A stretch of 63,285 bases of DNA, counting the filler, from Licmophora abbreviata (taxonomy: Eukaryota), in assembly GCA_900291995.1 (NCBI GenBank). It is 12 parts of 12 records of this genome, joined end to end, with 100 filler letters (N's around TTAATTAATTAA, not from the genome) between each part and the next. Parts side by side here need not be neighbours in the genome. Positions count along the whole stretch, not along the records: positions 41,288 to 50,194 come from OLMU01002043.1; positions 50,295 to 54,780 come from OLMU01002044.1; positions 54,881 to 58,172 come from OLMU01002045.1; 9 more parts are not named here. The stretch is one strand, 5' to 3'. A model generated the notes under the pieces. That model was not told the origin of the DNA, did no database searches, and was given only the letters and a program-made list of their open reading frames with translations. The translations under genes and the position numbers were made by a program. This document shows, piece by piece, positions 46,529-57,080 of the stretch (its first letter is position 1; the number at the start of each line of letters is the position of its first letter).

Positions 46529-47923
46529 CTACTTTATGTGCGACCGAGCTCTTTCTTGGCTTCGATCTCGTATCCGTTTGAACTCCTTTCGGTTCGCGCT
46601 TTCCAGATTCGCGAGTTTCTTGCCGACGGCAACCACCTTCTTGTCGACCGCTCGTGTTTCGTTGGCAGCACCGTCACGATAGGAATTGAACATGTTGCGG
46701 AGCTGAAAGTTTTCTTCTTCGAGGCGCTGAACCTTACCATTCAATCCACGAATCACACTCTGCACTTCTGCCAGTCGATCCAGTGTAAGCAGTAAGTGCG
46801 AACTGGTCTCCCGCGCCACGTGATCGGGAATATCTCTGGCTTGCATGACTTTTGCACATCCCAGTGCCGCAAAGGGGCACTTCCGTTCGCGCAGAGGACA
46901 AACTTCTGCCAAGTGCTGCTGCTTCTGTTTCTGGGGAAATGAATCGCCACAGACACACGTCACTAGCTTGTAGGGACATGTCGGATCGTGCGCCGGAAGG
47001 TAAAGTTTGGACATGACTTGCCCACAGCCCACGTTCGGACACGGGACGCTTCTAAACTCACACATTTCGCCGCAGTTCTCCTTATCACAGTGCAGCTCAT
47101 ACTGTGGATCATATGCTCGCACCAGCAGCTTTGCAATCAGATTACACTCCTCGCGAGTCAATATTCTTTCCGAGACGGCCTGACACCGACTCTCAAAGTC
47201 TCGATCTTTGCGTCGCTCGTAAAAGGTCCCCATGAGACTAAAGATGTGTTTCGGTGCATTTCGCTCCGTGTCGGCGTGCATTTCAAGAATCTTATGCAAG
47301 GCATCGAGACGGGCCAGGGCAGTCGTGCCCGGCAAACTCGTATTCTTGGCCGGATGGACCATGTCCATCACCTGGGACTTGATGGGCAACGCAGCAGCTT
47401 CTGTCAAAGCCGAGGGACTTTGTACCATGGTCAAAAAGACAATGACTTCGAAAATTAAATTGGAAAGACTTTCAGAAGCTTTCGAATCGCAGTGTTCACA
47501 CTTGGAGGCCACGTCCGGCGGGACAAATTGATCTGGATCGAACATTTTCTTCCGAACCAGTCTTCGAAAGCGAACCCAATCCATGGCTCCTTTCATCGCC
47601 TTGGCGTGATCCATCGATCCCTTCGCGAAGTCTCTCGCATACATCCAGCCATCGCCGCCCTCTAGCTCCGGAGAAAACTCGTCGTCGTCAAGATATACCC
47701 AACCTTTGTCGAGAAGGGCCGTCTCGGCCTCTTCGATCGTCTTCCACGACACCGAGCCGTCCATGGACGAGTAACGACCGCGATCATTCGGGAGGAGACC
47801 TTTCTTGGAGAAGCCTCCTCCAATCCACGCTCGTTCATTCTCGTAGATTTCCACGCGAGCCTCTAAAGACGACATCATGGTGGAAATTGCCGGCGCCGTG
47901 ACTTCTTCGACTTTTTGCCTCAT
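46529..47923 (-). CDS. DysF (ferlin/peroxin)-like domain + TRAF-type zinc fingers + coiled coil
   Basis: EIYENER.W...GWMYARDF...WVRFRRLVR, then CPNVGC...H...C, CPFAALGC..H and a C-terminal heptad repeat. Confidence 0.75.
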   Translation of the reverse strand: MRQKVEEVTAPAISTMMSSLEARVEIYENERAWIGGGFSKKGLLPNDRGRYSSMDGSVSWKTIEEAETALLDKGWVYLDDDEFSPELEGGDGWMYARDFAKGSMDHAKAMKGAMDWVRFRRLVRKKMFDPDQFVPPDVASKCEHCDSKASESLSNLIFEVIVFLTMVQSPSALTEAAALPIKSQVMDMVHPAKNTSLPGTTALARLDALHKILEMHADTERNAPKHIFSLMGTFYERRKDRDFESRCQAVSERILTREECNLIAKLLVRAYDPQYELHCDKENCGEMCEFRSVPCPNVGCGQVMSKLYLPAHDPTCPYKLVTCVCGDSFPQKQKQQHLAEVCPLRERKCPFAALGCAKVMQARDIPDHVARETSSHLLLTLDRLAEVQSVIRGLNGKVQRLEEENFQLRNMFNSYRDGAANETRAVDKKVVAVGKKLANLESANRKEFKRIRDRSQERARSHIK

Positions 47924-48564
47924 GTCACTTTTTAAAGTCTTCCTGGCTGGTTCAGCCAGCGTCCGTCATTCCTCCGTTATATGTCGACAGGCATCGCGTG
48001 ATCAAATCATGCTCGCACGCACTGGCACGCACTGACTTCGCGCGAACTCCGTTCGGAGCCACACAAAACGACGACGATGCAGGACGAGCGATGGGCGAAG
48101 ATTGACTTGTACAGTCCAGTTATCTTCTCCCACCACATTGCAGCACACATCCGGCCAACAGTCTACCATGCGACGAGTCACGACTGCAGCCCTTGCAGCC
48201 GTGGCCATGAGCGGTGAGTTACTCATATGAACGCGGGTGTCATCATGATGGACTGTCATCCACACGCGGGAGTCGGAGAAAGATTCGCGGAGAGCGGACG
48301 TCCAGCCTGATGTCCTTTCATTAAGTAGATTTGCCGTGCGTGGCGAATCGGCGACACTTGACTTATGCAGTGATGACGTCTACGTATCCTTGCACTTTAA
48401 GTGCGAAACGAGCGCGCTGTCGTCAGTGTTTTTCGCAACGTTTTTCTCTTGTCGTTGTGGCGAATGGACCACGTAATGCTCTTGGCGCGCCTACATACGT
48501 TGAACGACTTGACGATTGTTTCGTTTCATGTTTTGACACCCGACCAGTACTATTTGTCGAATCC

Positions 48565-50105
48565 ATGATGTCTCACGTCTCCCTGCCGTTTATCCGCTGG
48601 GCTCTTGTCTCGCTTCTTGTAGCCACATGGAATGAAATCTGCGTCTCTGGATTCGGAATTAATTCGCATTATTCGGGGAAGAGACCTTCGGACACGACAA
48701 TGGAACGAAACTACGGCCAGCACGCCGATGTAGATATCGCACTTCCAACGAGGTCACTGGACGATGGAATCTTTGCTGTTGCCACGCTTGAGAGACCGCC
48801 AACCTCGACCTCACCACCACAGGTTTCGGATGTTTCATACTCAATTGCGACGCCTTCCTCGCGCAAGTCTCATCGCCACGAACGAATGGTGCGACCAAAG
48901 AGTCTCAGCAGTAGCAGTAGTAAGATTGAGTCCACCAGCACACTCAAGAAGAAAGCAAAGGGCAGCACTAGGTTTCCTGAATTGCTTACCCGAGAGGAAG
49001 AGGTGCAGCTTACACAGAGCATCCGCGCCATGAGGACGGCCGTCCGGGTGCGAGACGACCTGATAGCGTCGCATCTCAATCCCGTAGACAGTGGGCTGCG
49101 ATGGGAGCCAACGGAGGCAGAATGGGCAGCTGGTTGTGAACTGACTGTGCTGGGATTGCGTCGCGCCATGAAGGATGGACAAGACGCACGCTCTCAACTT
49201 GTGGCGGCCAACGGCGGTCTCGTTCATTCCATAGCCAAGAAGTATTACTATTCACTCAAACAGGCTAATCAAGCCGGCGGTAGTGTCGGGACGATACTGA
49301 CGTTGCAGGATATGGTCCAGGAAGGGAATCTCGGACTGATGGAGGCAGCGGAGCGCTTTGATCCGGATCGTGGATTCCGCTTTAGTACGTATGCGACCTG
49401 GTGGGTTCGCCAACGCGTTTTCCGGTCCATCTCGGAGTACTCGCGAACCATTCGATTGCCAGCGCATGGTGAGTGATCATGGGCAAAACTTCAACCACTT
49501 GGGTATTCAACTTCTGCTAACACTATCTTCTCTCCCTTGCAGTCCACACGATGCTCAACAAAATCAACAAGACCCGAAAGCAGATGCAGAAGGAAATTGG
49601 ACGAACACCTTCGGCACCTGAACTCGCCCACTACATGGAAATGAGCGTGAAGAAACTTCAATTGTACACAGACTCGTCTCGAAGTGTTCTCTCATTGGAA
49701 TATCCGGTATCGAAAGGGAACTTCAAGGGAGATGATCGCCGGACACTCGGGGACAAGATTGCGTCAGACTCGCCCACTCCCGTCGAACATGCCGAAGTAG
49801 AGTCACTCCAGCGTGTGATTCGTGATGTAGTGAATGAGCTGGCTGACAGAGAGCGGGACGTGCTTGTGGCAAGGTTTGGACTAGACGACGGTACACCCCG
49901 TACAGTCGAAGAAACGTCGAAACGACTGGGAATCTCCAGAGATCGCGTACGGAACGTCGAGGCGCGTGCTCTGAACAAGCTTCGGCATCCTCAGCGAAAC
50001 TATAAATTGAAGGAGTACGTTGGAGGCGACGCCGAGGAAGAGCAGCTGTTAGTTGTTTCTAATTTGAGCTTGAAACCGTCTCCTGAGAGAATATGGTCCT
50101 TGTAA
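48565..50105 (+). CDS. Nucleus-encoded plastid RNA polymerase sigma-70 factor (intron 49469-49542)
   Basis: LLTREEE, DMVQEGNLGLMEAAERFDPDRGFRFSTYATWWVRQ, SRTIRLPAH|V and region 4 SRDRVRNVEARALNKLR; signal peptide ending VSG-F. Confidence 0.95.
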
Positions 50106-50370
50106 AGAAATCGAATCAAAGCTCGTACAAACAAACAAACCCGACAGCAACATGTTAATGATAGAACAAAGCCTTGTACATAATCGAGACAAATNNNNNN
50201 NNNNNNNNNNNNNNNNNNNNNNNNNNNNNNNNNNNNNNTTAATTAATTAANNNNNNNNNNNNNNNNNNNNNNNNNNNNNNNNNNNNNNNNNNNNCCTGCT
50301 TACTTCTAAGATATAGAACGATGATTCCGTAAGAGACTCAGAGCAACATAGAAAGTTTTCGTCAGATCAG

Positions 50371-51525
50371 CTATATCCCCTGTAGCTCCGTGAAAAGAAG
50401 GTGATTCCACCAGTCCACAGGTCCAGGACTCGCGTAGTGCAAGCAATCGGGGCCACCTGAATGCCCATCCTGCCGCAATATCGTCATGTTGACGACGTCA
50501 AGCAATCGAATGATGGAAGAGATAGCAGCAGTTCTTGTCATGCGTTCCTTTGATCGTTCTGTTAATACTTTCCGGGTGTAGGTATTATAGTCGTCAAATA
50601 GATTCCAATCGAAATCCGTAGTTGGCACGAAATCGGCATACTTCGTCAACGGAGGATCTCGGATTCCGGCCGTCCAGTCGAACTGCTTAGGGTTTCGAGG
50701 AGAGCAGCCTTTGTGACCTGAAGGCGTCGTTCGAAAGAAAATTATGTCATCCGGTCTCTGACTCTCATCAAGCCATTGAAAAAGCGTAGCAAGATCTTCC
50801 TGATAATGTTGCATCTGATGATAGTGAGCTCCTATATTCAAAACAGCCAGGAGTCGTTCCGGATGCAAGTGGACAAAATCTCGGGAGTGATTCGAGAAGA
50901 TCATTTCAGTTCTCGGGGATCTTGGGAATGCGTTTCCTCCTCCTTCATTCGCAAACAAGATTGGTACGGTGCTGTTGTCACAGAGCAACGTTGCTTGTTT
51001 GAGAATTTCATTCTCGGGACGCACCCGGGAAAAATTGGCAATCCGATCCCTTCCCATTGTGTTGAGAAACGACTCGAATTGTGATTTTGCCAGTGAATCC
51101 CCAAAAAACAAGAGGCGATTGACTTTGAGTCGCAAAAAAAGTCGGCATACCTTGTCGGCGTCCATCGTGTAGTCAATCTGACAGCCTTCCGCGTTTGAGT
51201 CAACCCATTTCCAGCTCGCCTCCCACGGAAACGGGGCTTCCGTTGATGGTTGAAAGCGCCCCCAGGTCCTTTCCGCATAAGGACCTCTGGGAACTAGACG
51301 AGGGCTCTCATACTGACCATAGCGCTCAGCGAAGTCCCAATCTCTCACCCACGTTCCGTTCTTTCCAATGACCCCCTGGCAGTTCGTCGTGGGTCGGACA
51401 TCTTCAAGCGGGGTATCGGGCGAAGAGAAGCGGAAAGTTTGACGTTCATTCAAAGTCAAGAGGAGAATTGTTGACAGGATAAATGACCTCGCGAAGCCAT
51501 TGCGTGACAATTTAGCTGCGAACAT
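50371..51525 (-). CDS. SGNH/PC-esterase (TBL-like O-acetyltransferase) family protein
   Basis: FFGDS, NIGAHY, FFRTTPSGH, DGH...DCLH (DxxH); N-terminal anchor. Confidence 0.8.
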   Translation of the reverse strand: MFAAKLSRNGFARSFILSTILLLTLNERQTFRFSSPDTPLEDVRPTTNCQGVIGKNGTWVRDWDFAERYGQYESPRLVPRGPYAERTWGRFQPSTEAPFPWEASWKWVDSNAEGCQIDYTMDADKVCRLFLRLKVNRLLFFGDSLAKSQFESFLNTMGRDRIANFSRVRPENEILKQATLLCDNSTVPILFANEGGGNAFPRSPRTEMIFSNHSRDFVHLHPERLLAVLNIGAHYHQMQHYQEDLATLFQWLDESQRPDDIIFFRTTPSGHKGCSPRNPKQFDWTAGIRDPPLTKYADFVPTTDFDWNLFDDYNTYTRKVLTERSKERMTRTAAISSIIRLLDVVNMTILRQDGHSGGPDCLHYASPGPVDWWNHLLFTELQGI

Positions 51526-52014
51526 GGTTTCTGCTCTGTTGTATGGGGAGTCGGCAGAGAATGGTCTCTCGTTGGTGTCTCATCAACAACTGGCATTCGT
51601 CGTCAGCGGCTCCACTGATGAAATGATGGTGCGCGGAAGGATGGATGCCTTATCTTAATTCTCAAGTTCGAGTTGGCGTATAATAAGCCACGAGGTGTGG
51701 CGAGGGTCAAGGTTGATGACTCTGTCCCTCGATGAGAGAATTGTGACCGATCATGGCGAACGGTCAGCTTTTTCCGATTTCTGATTTTGATGTTTTTCAT
51801 TATTCGACTGCTGCGAGGGTTCGAGCTCTCTGATGTGTTCGGCTGATGCGAACCCTTGGAACGGAAACCAGCAACGGCCAACGCGCCCGCGCCATAACGA
51901 AAAACGAAACAATCTCGTCTTGGACAAAACGACGAACCCATCGACGTCAACCACAATGATGAGATGAAGTGCACACAATCCTCTTCCTCTCGACTCTAAT
52001 AGTGAACGATTACC

Positions 52015-53328
52015 ATGGATAACCATCCTTACCAGAATGCCATTCATCCCCCGAAGTCTACGATGGTTTCCTCTGCTGGCTTAGACTCTTCTGCTTCCGT
52101 CGGGTATCATCAATCCGTGATGCAGAATCCAGCAGTGCTATCCTACTTTATGGAAAGATCCAACAATGCTGCGGCCTTAACGGTATTTTCAGAAAGCAAG
52201 TCGTCACCCTCTTTCGCTGAAACAGAGTCCCACTCGATCGAATCCCAAGAAGACACAGCAATTCAAGCCCTTCATGGCATCATGGCGCTCTCTGATTCCA
52301 GCCGATGCGCACCTCGCAAGGCCCTCCAACCCATCACCGACCGGACGAACCTGCCCCCACCGCCCCCCACGACGCTCCCTAAAAAGACTACAGTCAGAGG
52401 ACCACGTTTAGCTCTCTTTAAAAACCGCAAGCCTCAGTTGAGGACGTCACGCGCTCCTACTCACCCTTGGACAAAAGAGGAGGTAAGCAATACAACGGAT
52501 CTGTGACAAAGTGTCACCCATCTGCAACGATACATCTGACCACTGCGTACCACTGCATAATTGGTTCTCTTTTAGGATGCCATTCTGCGGAAGTTGGTGA
52601 AAGGCTGCTGCAAGAAGGACTGGCGTGCGATTGCCGCGCACTTTCCAAAGCGTAGCAACAGGCAGTGTTTCCATCGTTGGAAGAGGACCCTCGACCCTGC
52701 CATCACCAAGGGCAAGTGGAGCAAGGAGGAAGACGAGAGGCTCCGTGAGCTTGTCGAGAAACACGGCGATGCCAGGTGGAGCAAGATGTCGGAAGAAGTC
52801 CCCGGACGCACCGGCAAGCAGTGCCGGGAACGATGGGTTCATCATCTTCAGCCCAACGTCTCCAAGTCGCACACGTGGTCGGAAGAAGAGGATCTGCTCC
52901 TTCTGTATTGCTACATGCAACTCGGAAGCTGCTGGTCACTTGTCGCCCGCCTTATTCCGGGTCGGTGAGTTTCCTAGCTTTCTAGGCAATGGTCGTATCT
53001 CATCCACAAGCCTTCTCACTCCTTCTCCGCCGTTGGTGCTCCTTTTCCCTCTTACAGGACGGACAATTGCGTCAAGAACCATTTCTACTTGATCAAGAAA
53101 CGATTCGTCACATATCTAGCCGAAATGCAGGGAGTTCCGGTCCCAATGATTCGAAAGACGGCGGAGGGACACATTGACTTTATGGGGGATCTTGATGGAG
53201 TTCTTGCGTCTTCACGTCGTGTGAGGCGTTCCGACTTGCAACCCTACGACACACAATCGCTGGATCAGATTATAGGTGCGGCCCAGAACGTCCCGGGTGC
53301 CCGGTGTCATGGGCGCCGTTCTTCGTAA
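52015..53328 (+). CDS. Three-repeat Myb (R1R2R3) transcription factor (introns 52483-52575, 52965-53057)
   Basis: WTKEE|D, KGKWSKEED, GRTGKQCRERW, WSEEED, GR|TDNCVKNHF. Confidence 0.9.
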
Positions 53329-53747
53329 CAATGGCCTATCCGACTCGCGCCATCTTCTAGTTTGTCGATACAGTCGTCGGACTGCAAGCGGCGAACAGAG
53401 AACGCATAGTAATTGTCAATCTGTGTTTACCGAGACTTCAAACTTTCGTTTCGAATCGTACGCCATCTCGGAACCTTGCAGACTTGGTCACGAAAGTGTG
53501 TTCAAATTCTGGAACTGAGACAAGCTCGTCGGATGATGCGCGCGGCTCGATGAGAGCCACCGCGCGATGCTGATGCTCGCCGTCTCGTCTGTGGACGTGT
53601 TGCATATTGAATATTTGATGAATATCGCCGTCTGTAATGCCAAGGACAAGCGCCGTCTGCATAGACATCGTACATCTGATATCCTTTCACCAATCCTACA
53701 GGGTTCACTTGCTGTAATATGGTATGAATTATGTCTAGAGTGACAAT

Positions 53748-54602
53748 ATGGAAGAAGAAGAAGATTGGTCCACTTTTGTCGAAAGCACGACGGGCTTCGC
53801 ACAGCATGAAGAGGTAGCGATACGAGTCTCCGAAACTCGAAATGTGCATTTACAATGCGTTTCATCGCTCTCTCCCCTCGACATGATGTATCTGTCATCC
53901 GGAAAGCACGATGCGACCGGCCAGCGAATTTGGATGGGGGCACTTTTCTTGGTCGAAGTACTGGCCACACGTGGGGATGAATCACTACACCGCCTTCTTG
54001 AGCGTTGCTTTCTGCAGCAGCATGTGCTAGAGCTGGGATGTGGAACGGGTGTGGCTGGTTTAGCACTGATGCTGGCACCCGAAGAATATCGCCCTTCCTT
54101 TGTTCACTTTACTGATTCGGACCATGACGTACTGGAGCTCTGCCACCAGAATTGTATAAGGAATACGGTTCGTGCTGATGGCAATAAGAGCAAAAGGCAA
54201 TGGGCAGTCGAAAAGCTGGAATGGGGGTGTCAAAACGGCACTGCGAGATTTGTTCACAATGTCATGATCGATACTATACTGGCAACCGATGTCTTGTACG
54301 ATGTATCGTCACTTTCACCTCTACTTAATACGGTCCAAGCACTGCTACGTCCGGGCGGATACTTTGTCTTGGCACACGTACCACGAGCCTCGCTTCCCGG
54401 ACAGGGACGGGTAGCGACCATGGAAGAGATGGAACGATATATATTGTCGCAAATACCAGACTACTGTCTCGGTCTTGTCGGCCTAATCCGACCAGACGAG
54501 CTTCGAAACATGAAGAAGGCCGGCGCTCCCGGCTTGAACTCCGTAAGCTTGAAGGCAATGCACGAAGCCGGAGCGGCGCTGCTCTTATTCCAAAGCATAT
54601 AA
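53748..54602 (+). CDS. SAM-dependent protein-lysine methyltransferase (METTL21/family 16)
   Basis: DATGQRIW, VLELGCGTG, FTD, LEWG, ILATDVLY. Confidence 0.88.
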   Translation: MEEEEDWSTFVESTTGFAQHEEVAIRVSETRNVHLQCVSSLSPLDMMYLSSGKHDATGQRIWMGALFLVEVLATRGDESLHRLLERCFLQQHVLELGCGTGVAGLALMLAPEEYRPSFVHFTDSDHDVLELCHQNCIRNTVRADGNKSKRQWAVEKLEWGCQNGTARFVHNVMIDTILATDVLYDVSSLSPLLNTVQALLRPGGYFVLAHVPRASLPGQGRVATMEEMERYILSQIPDYCLGLVGLIRPDELRNMKKAGAPGLNSVSLKAMHEAGAALLLFQSI

Positions 54603-55424
54603 AATCTATTGCAAGCGTCCGCGAGCTTCCTAAAACTTACTTCACTCTGTACGCTCTATGTCCTCACTTTGTCATGCGTGAAGTGTGACTTGATCGACAT
54701 TCATTTTTTATTTTTTGCATCGGGTGAGGTCTAAGGAACTTCCTGGCGTTCCACTGAATTAAAAAAGGTACTTCTTTGATNNNNNNNNNNNNNNNNNNNN
54801 NNNNNNNNNNNNNNNNNNNNNNNNTTAATTAATTAANNNNNNNNNNNNNNNNNNNNNNNNNNNNNNNNNNNNNNNNNNNNACTTCCTGGCGTTCCACTGA
54901 ATTAAAAAAGGTACTTCTTTGATATCATTATCTTTTATTGTTGAATCATTAACGATAGGTAGTGTATATGACGTGTAGAATGCATTCTTTCATCATTTCT
55001 ATCGTCTGGGGTTCTGGACTCAACATCTAAAGGCTTTTGACATCGAGCATCAGACGTTGGGGATTTGCACCTCCTTGTTCGCCGGCGTCACGTCTCTCGT
55101 TTCAAAAGTTGAAAAAGATCAAAGATCGCAACGTCAACGTCGTCAAAGAAGACGCGATTCACAAACGAAACTAAAAAGGGCGACCGATCACTTTGGACGA
55201 AGCGGTGAGTAGAATGGAGCTTCCCCGGGTTTTTCATGCTGTGGAGGAGGTACCATACTGGCTCAGAGTGCATTTTGAAGTGACGACAAAGGGCGATTCG
55301 ATCAGATTCGACCTAGTCTAGTTTTCATTGCTTTTGGCTTCTCATTCCACCTGATTTTCTTTTCTCCCCACAGGACGATACTACTGGCCCCCCATTTATT
55401 GCAGAACGGAATTCAACAACATCC

Positions 55425-57001
55425 ATGACTGACTCCGGAACGACCCGCAAGCGCAACGTCTTTGACGTGATCGAGGCGTTGGGACCTGGAAAGAAGATTC
55501 TAGTCCGCGTGGATTTCAACGTTCCGATGAATGATCTCGGCGAGATCACGGACGACTCCCGTATTCGTGGCGCCTTGCCATCGATCAAGGCCATTGTCGC
55601 TGCCAATGATAACGCCATCCTTGTCAGTCATATGGGACGCCCCAAGCTCGTCCAGAAGGGTGAGGACAACGCCGAGACTGCGGAGCAGAGAAAGAAGCTT
55701 TCCCTTGCTCCAGTTGCCGCTGCTCTTTCCAAGCTCATTGAAAAGGATGTCATCTTTGGTGAAGACTGTCAAGGCCCAAAGGCAGAGGAGGCTGTCGCGA
55801 AACTTCCTGTCGAGGGAGGGGGGATCGTACTCCTGGAGAATCTTCGTTTCTACAAGCAGGAAGAGAAGAACGACGACAAGTTTGCCAGGTGCGTTGGAAG
55901 AACAGCGGACGGGTCTCTAGCTAGCAGACTTATGCACGAGAGCATTCGAAAGTCTTGATTGATTCTAACTCAACTCTTCTTCCGCATATTTCTGCAGCTC
56001 TCTTGCTGGCCTCGCTGATGGATATGTTAACGATGCGTTCGGTACGAGCCATCGAGCACACGCCAGTGTCAGTGGTATCCCCGCCTTGCTGGATCCCAAG
56101 CTCTGCGGCGTGGGATGCCTCGTCAAATCCGAGATTGGCTTCTTGGACTTTAGCTCTCGCAAGCCTGGCGAAAAAGTCGCTGCCAGTAAGTGCAATTGTT
56201 ATTCTGGACGGGGGTGACGTGGAAACGCTAACGATGGCACTACTAACTTGGTCTTCTGTCGTCGCGAAATACCTCAGTTATTGGAGGATCCAAGGTATCG
56301 ACCAAGCTTCCTGTCATAAAGGGTCTACTCAATCAGGTCGACACCCTTGTGCTTGGAGGTGGGCTTGCATTCACGTTTATGAAAGCAAAGGACATTGCCG
56401 TTGGCAGCTCCCTCCTTGAGGCAGAGATGGTCGATACGGCAAAGGAGCTTCTTAAAGAGGCCGAGGAAAAGGGCAAAAGGCTTTTGATTCCAGTGGATGC
56501 AGTATGCGCCCCGGGCTTTCCTAAGGGTGAGATGAAGCTGGAAGACACGAAAACATTCGATTTGGTCCCTGGTGCTGGAATCGAGGACGGTTGGATGGGC
56601 CTGGACGTTGGCCCCAAGACCAGCGCGCTGTTCAAGGAGGGTCTCAGCGATGCCACCAAACTTGTCTTCAACGGTAAGCAGAGTCATGCCATTTTAACGA
56701 GACTCTCCTATGCTCGTCGAACTGATATGTCTTTACTTTGATTTTCTTCGGACATGTAGGTCCGATGGGAGTCTTCGAGGTGAAGCCTTTCGATGCAGGA
56801 ACGAAGGCATTGGTCATGGACCTAGAGGAGTTGACGAAAGCTGGCTGCGTGACTGTCGTTGGAGGGGGTGACAGTGTTGCTGCACTGGAGGCCTTTGGCA
56901 AGACAAACGCCGTGACTTATGTGTCTACTGGTGGTGGCGCCACGTTGGAGCTGCTTGCTGGCGACAAACTTCCTGGAGTGGAGGTTATTCAAAACATTTA
57001 A
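55425..57001 (+). CDS. PGK: Phosphoglycerate kinase, no presequence, probably cytosolic (introns 55889-55997, 56186-56277, 56674-56759)
   Basis: RVDFNVP, SHMGRP, LLENLRF, NDAFGTSHRAH, IIGGSKVSTK, NGPMGVFE, STGGGA. Confidence 0.97.
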
Positions 57002-57080
57002 GTGACACACGATACCGCGTAAGAGCAGGTTACATGTCATTACGGAGGATTTGGTGCGAATTTATAGTAAACGTCAATGG

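Noticed and set aside
48565..50105. Bacterial contamination suggested by a sigma-70 gene
   Set aside because: It has a spliceosomal intron and a bipartite plastid presequence, and lies on the same contig as histone genes.
53290..53310. Definite frameshift in the Myb C-terminus from a CCCGGGT/GCCCGGT duplication
   Set aside because: Removing 7 nt would extend the frame to 53518, but the region is unconserved and the existing stop is equally plausible; kept only as a weak possibility.
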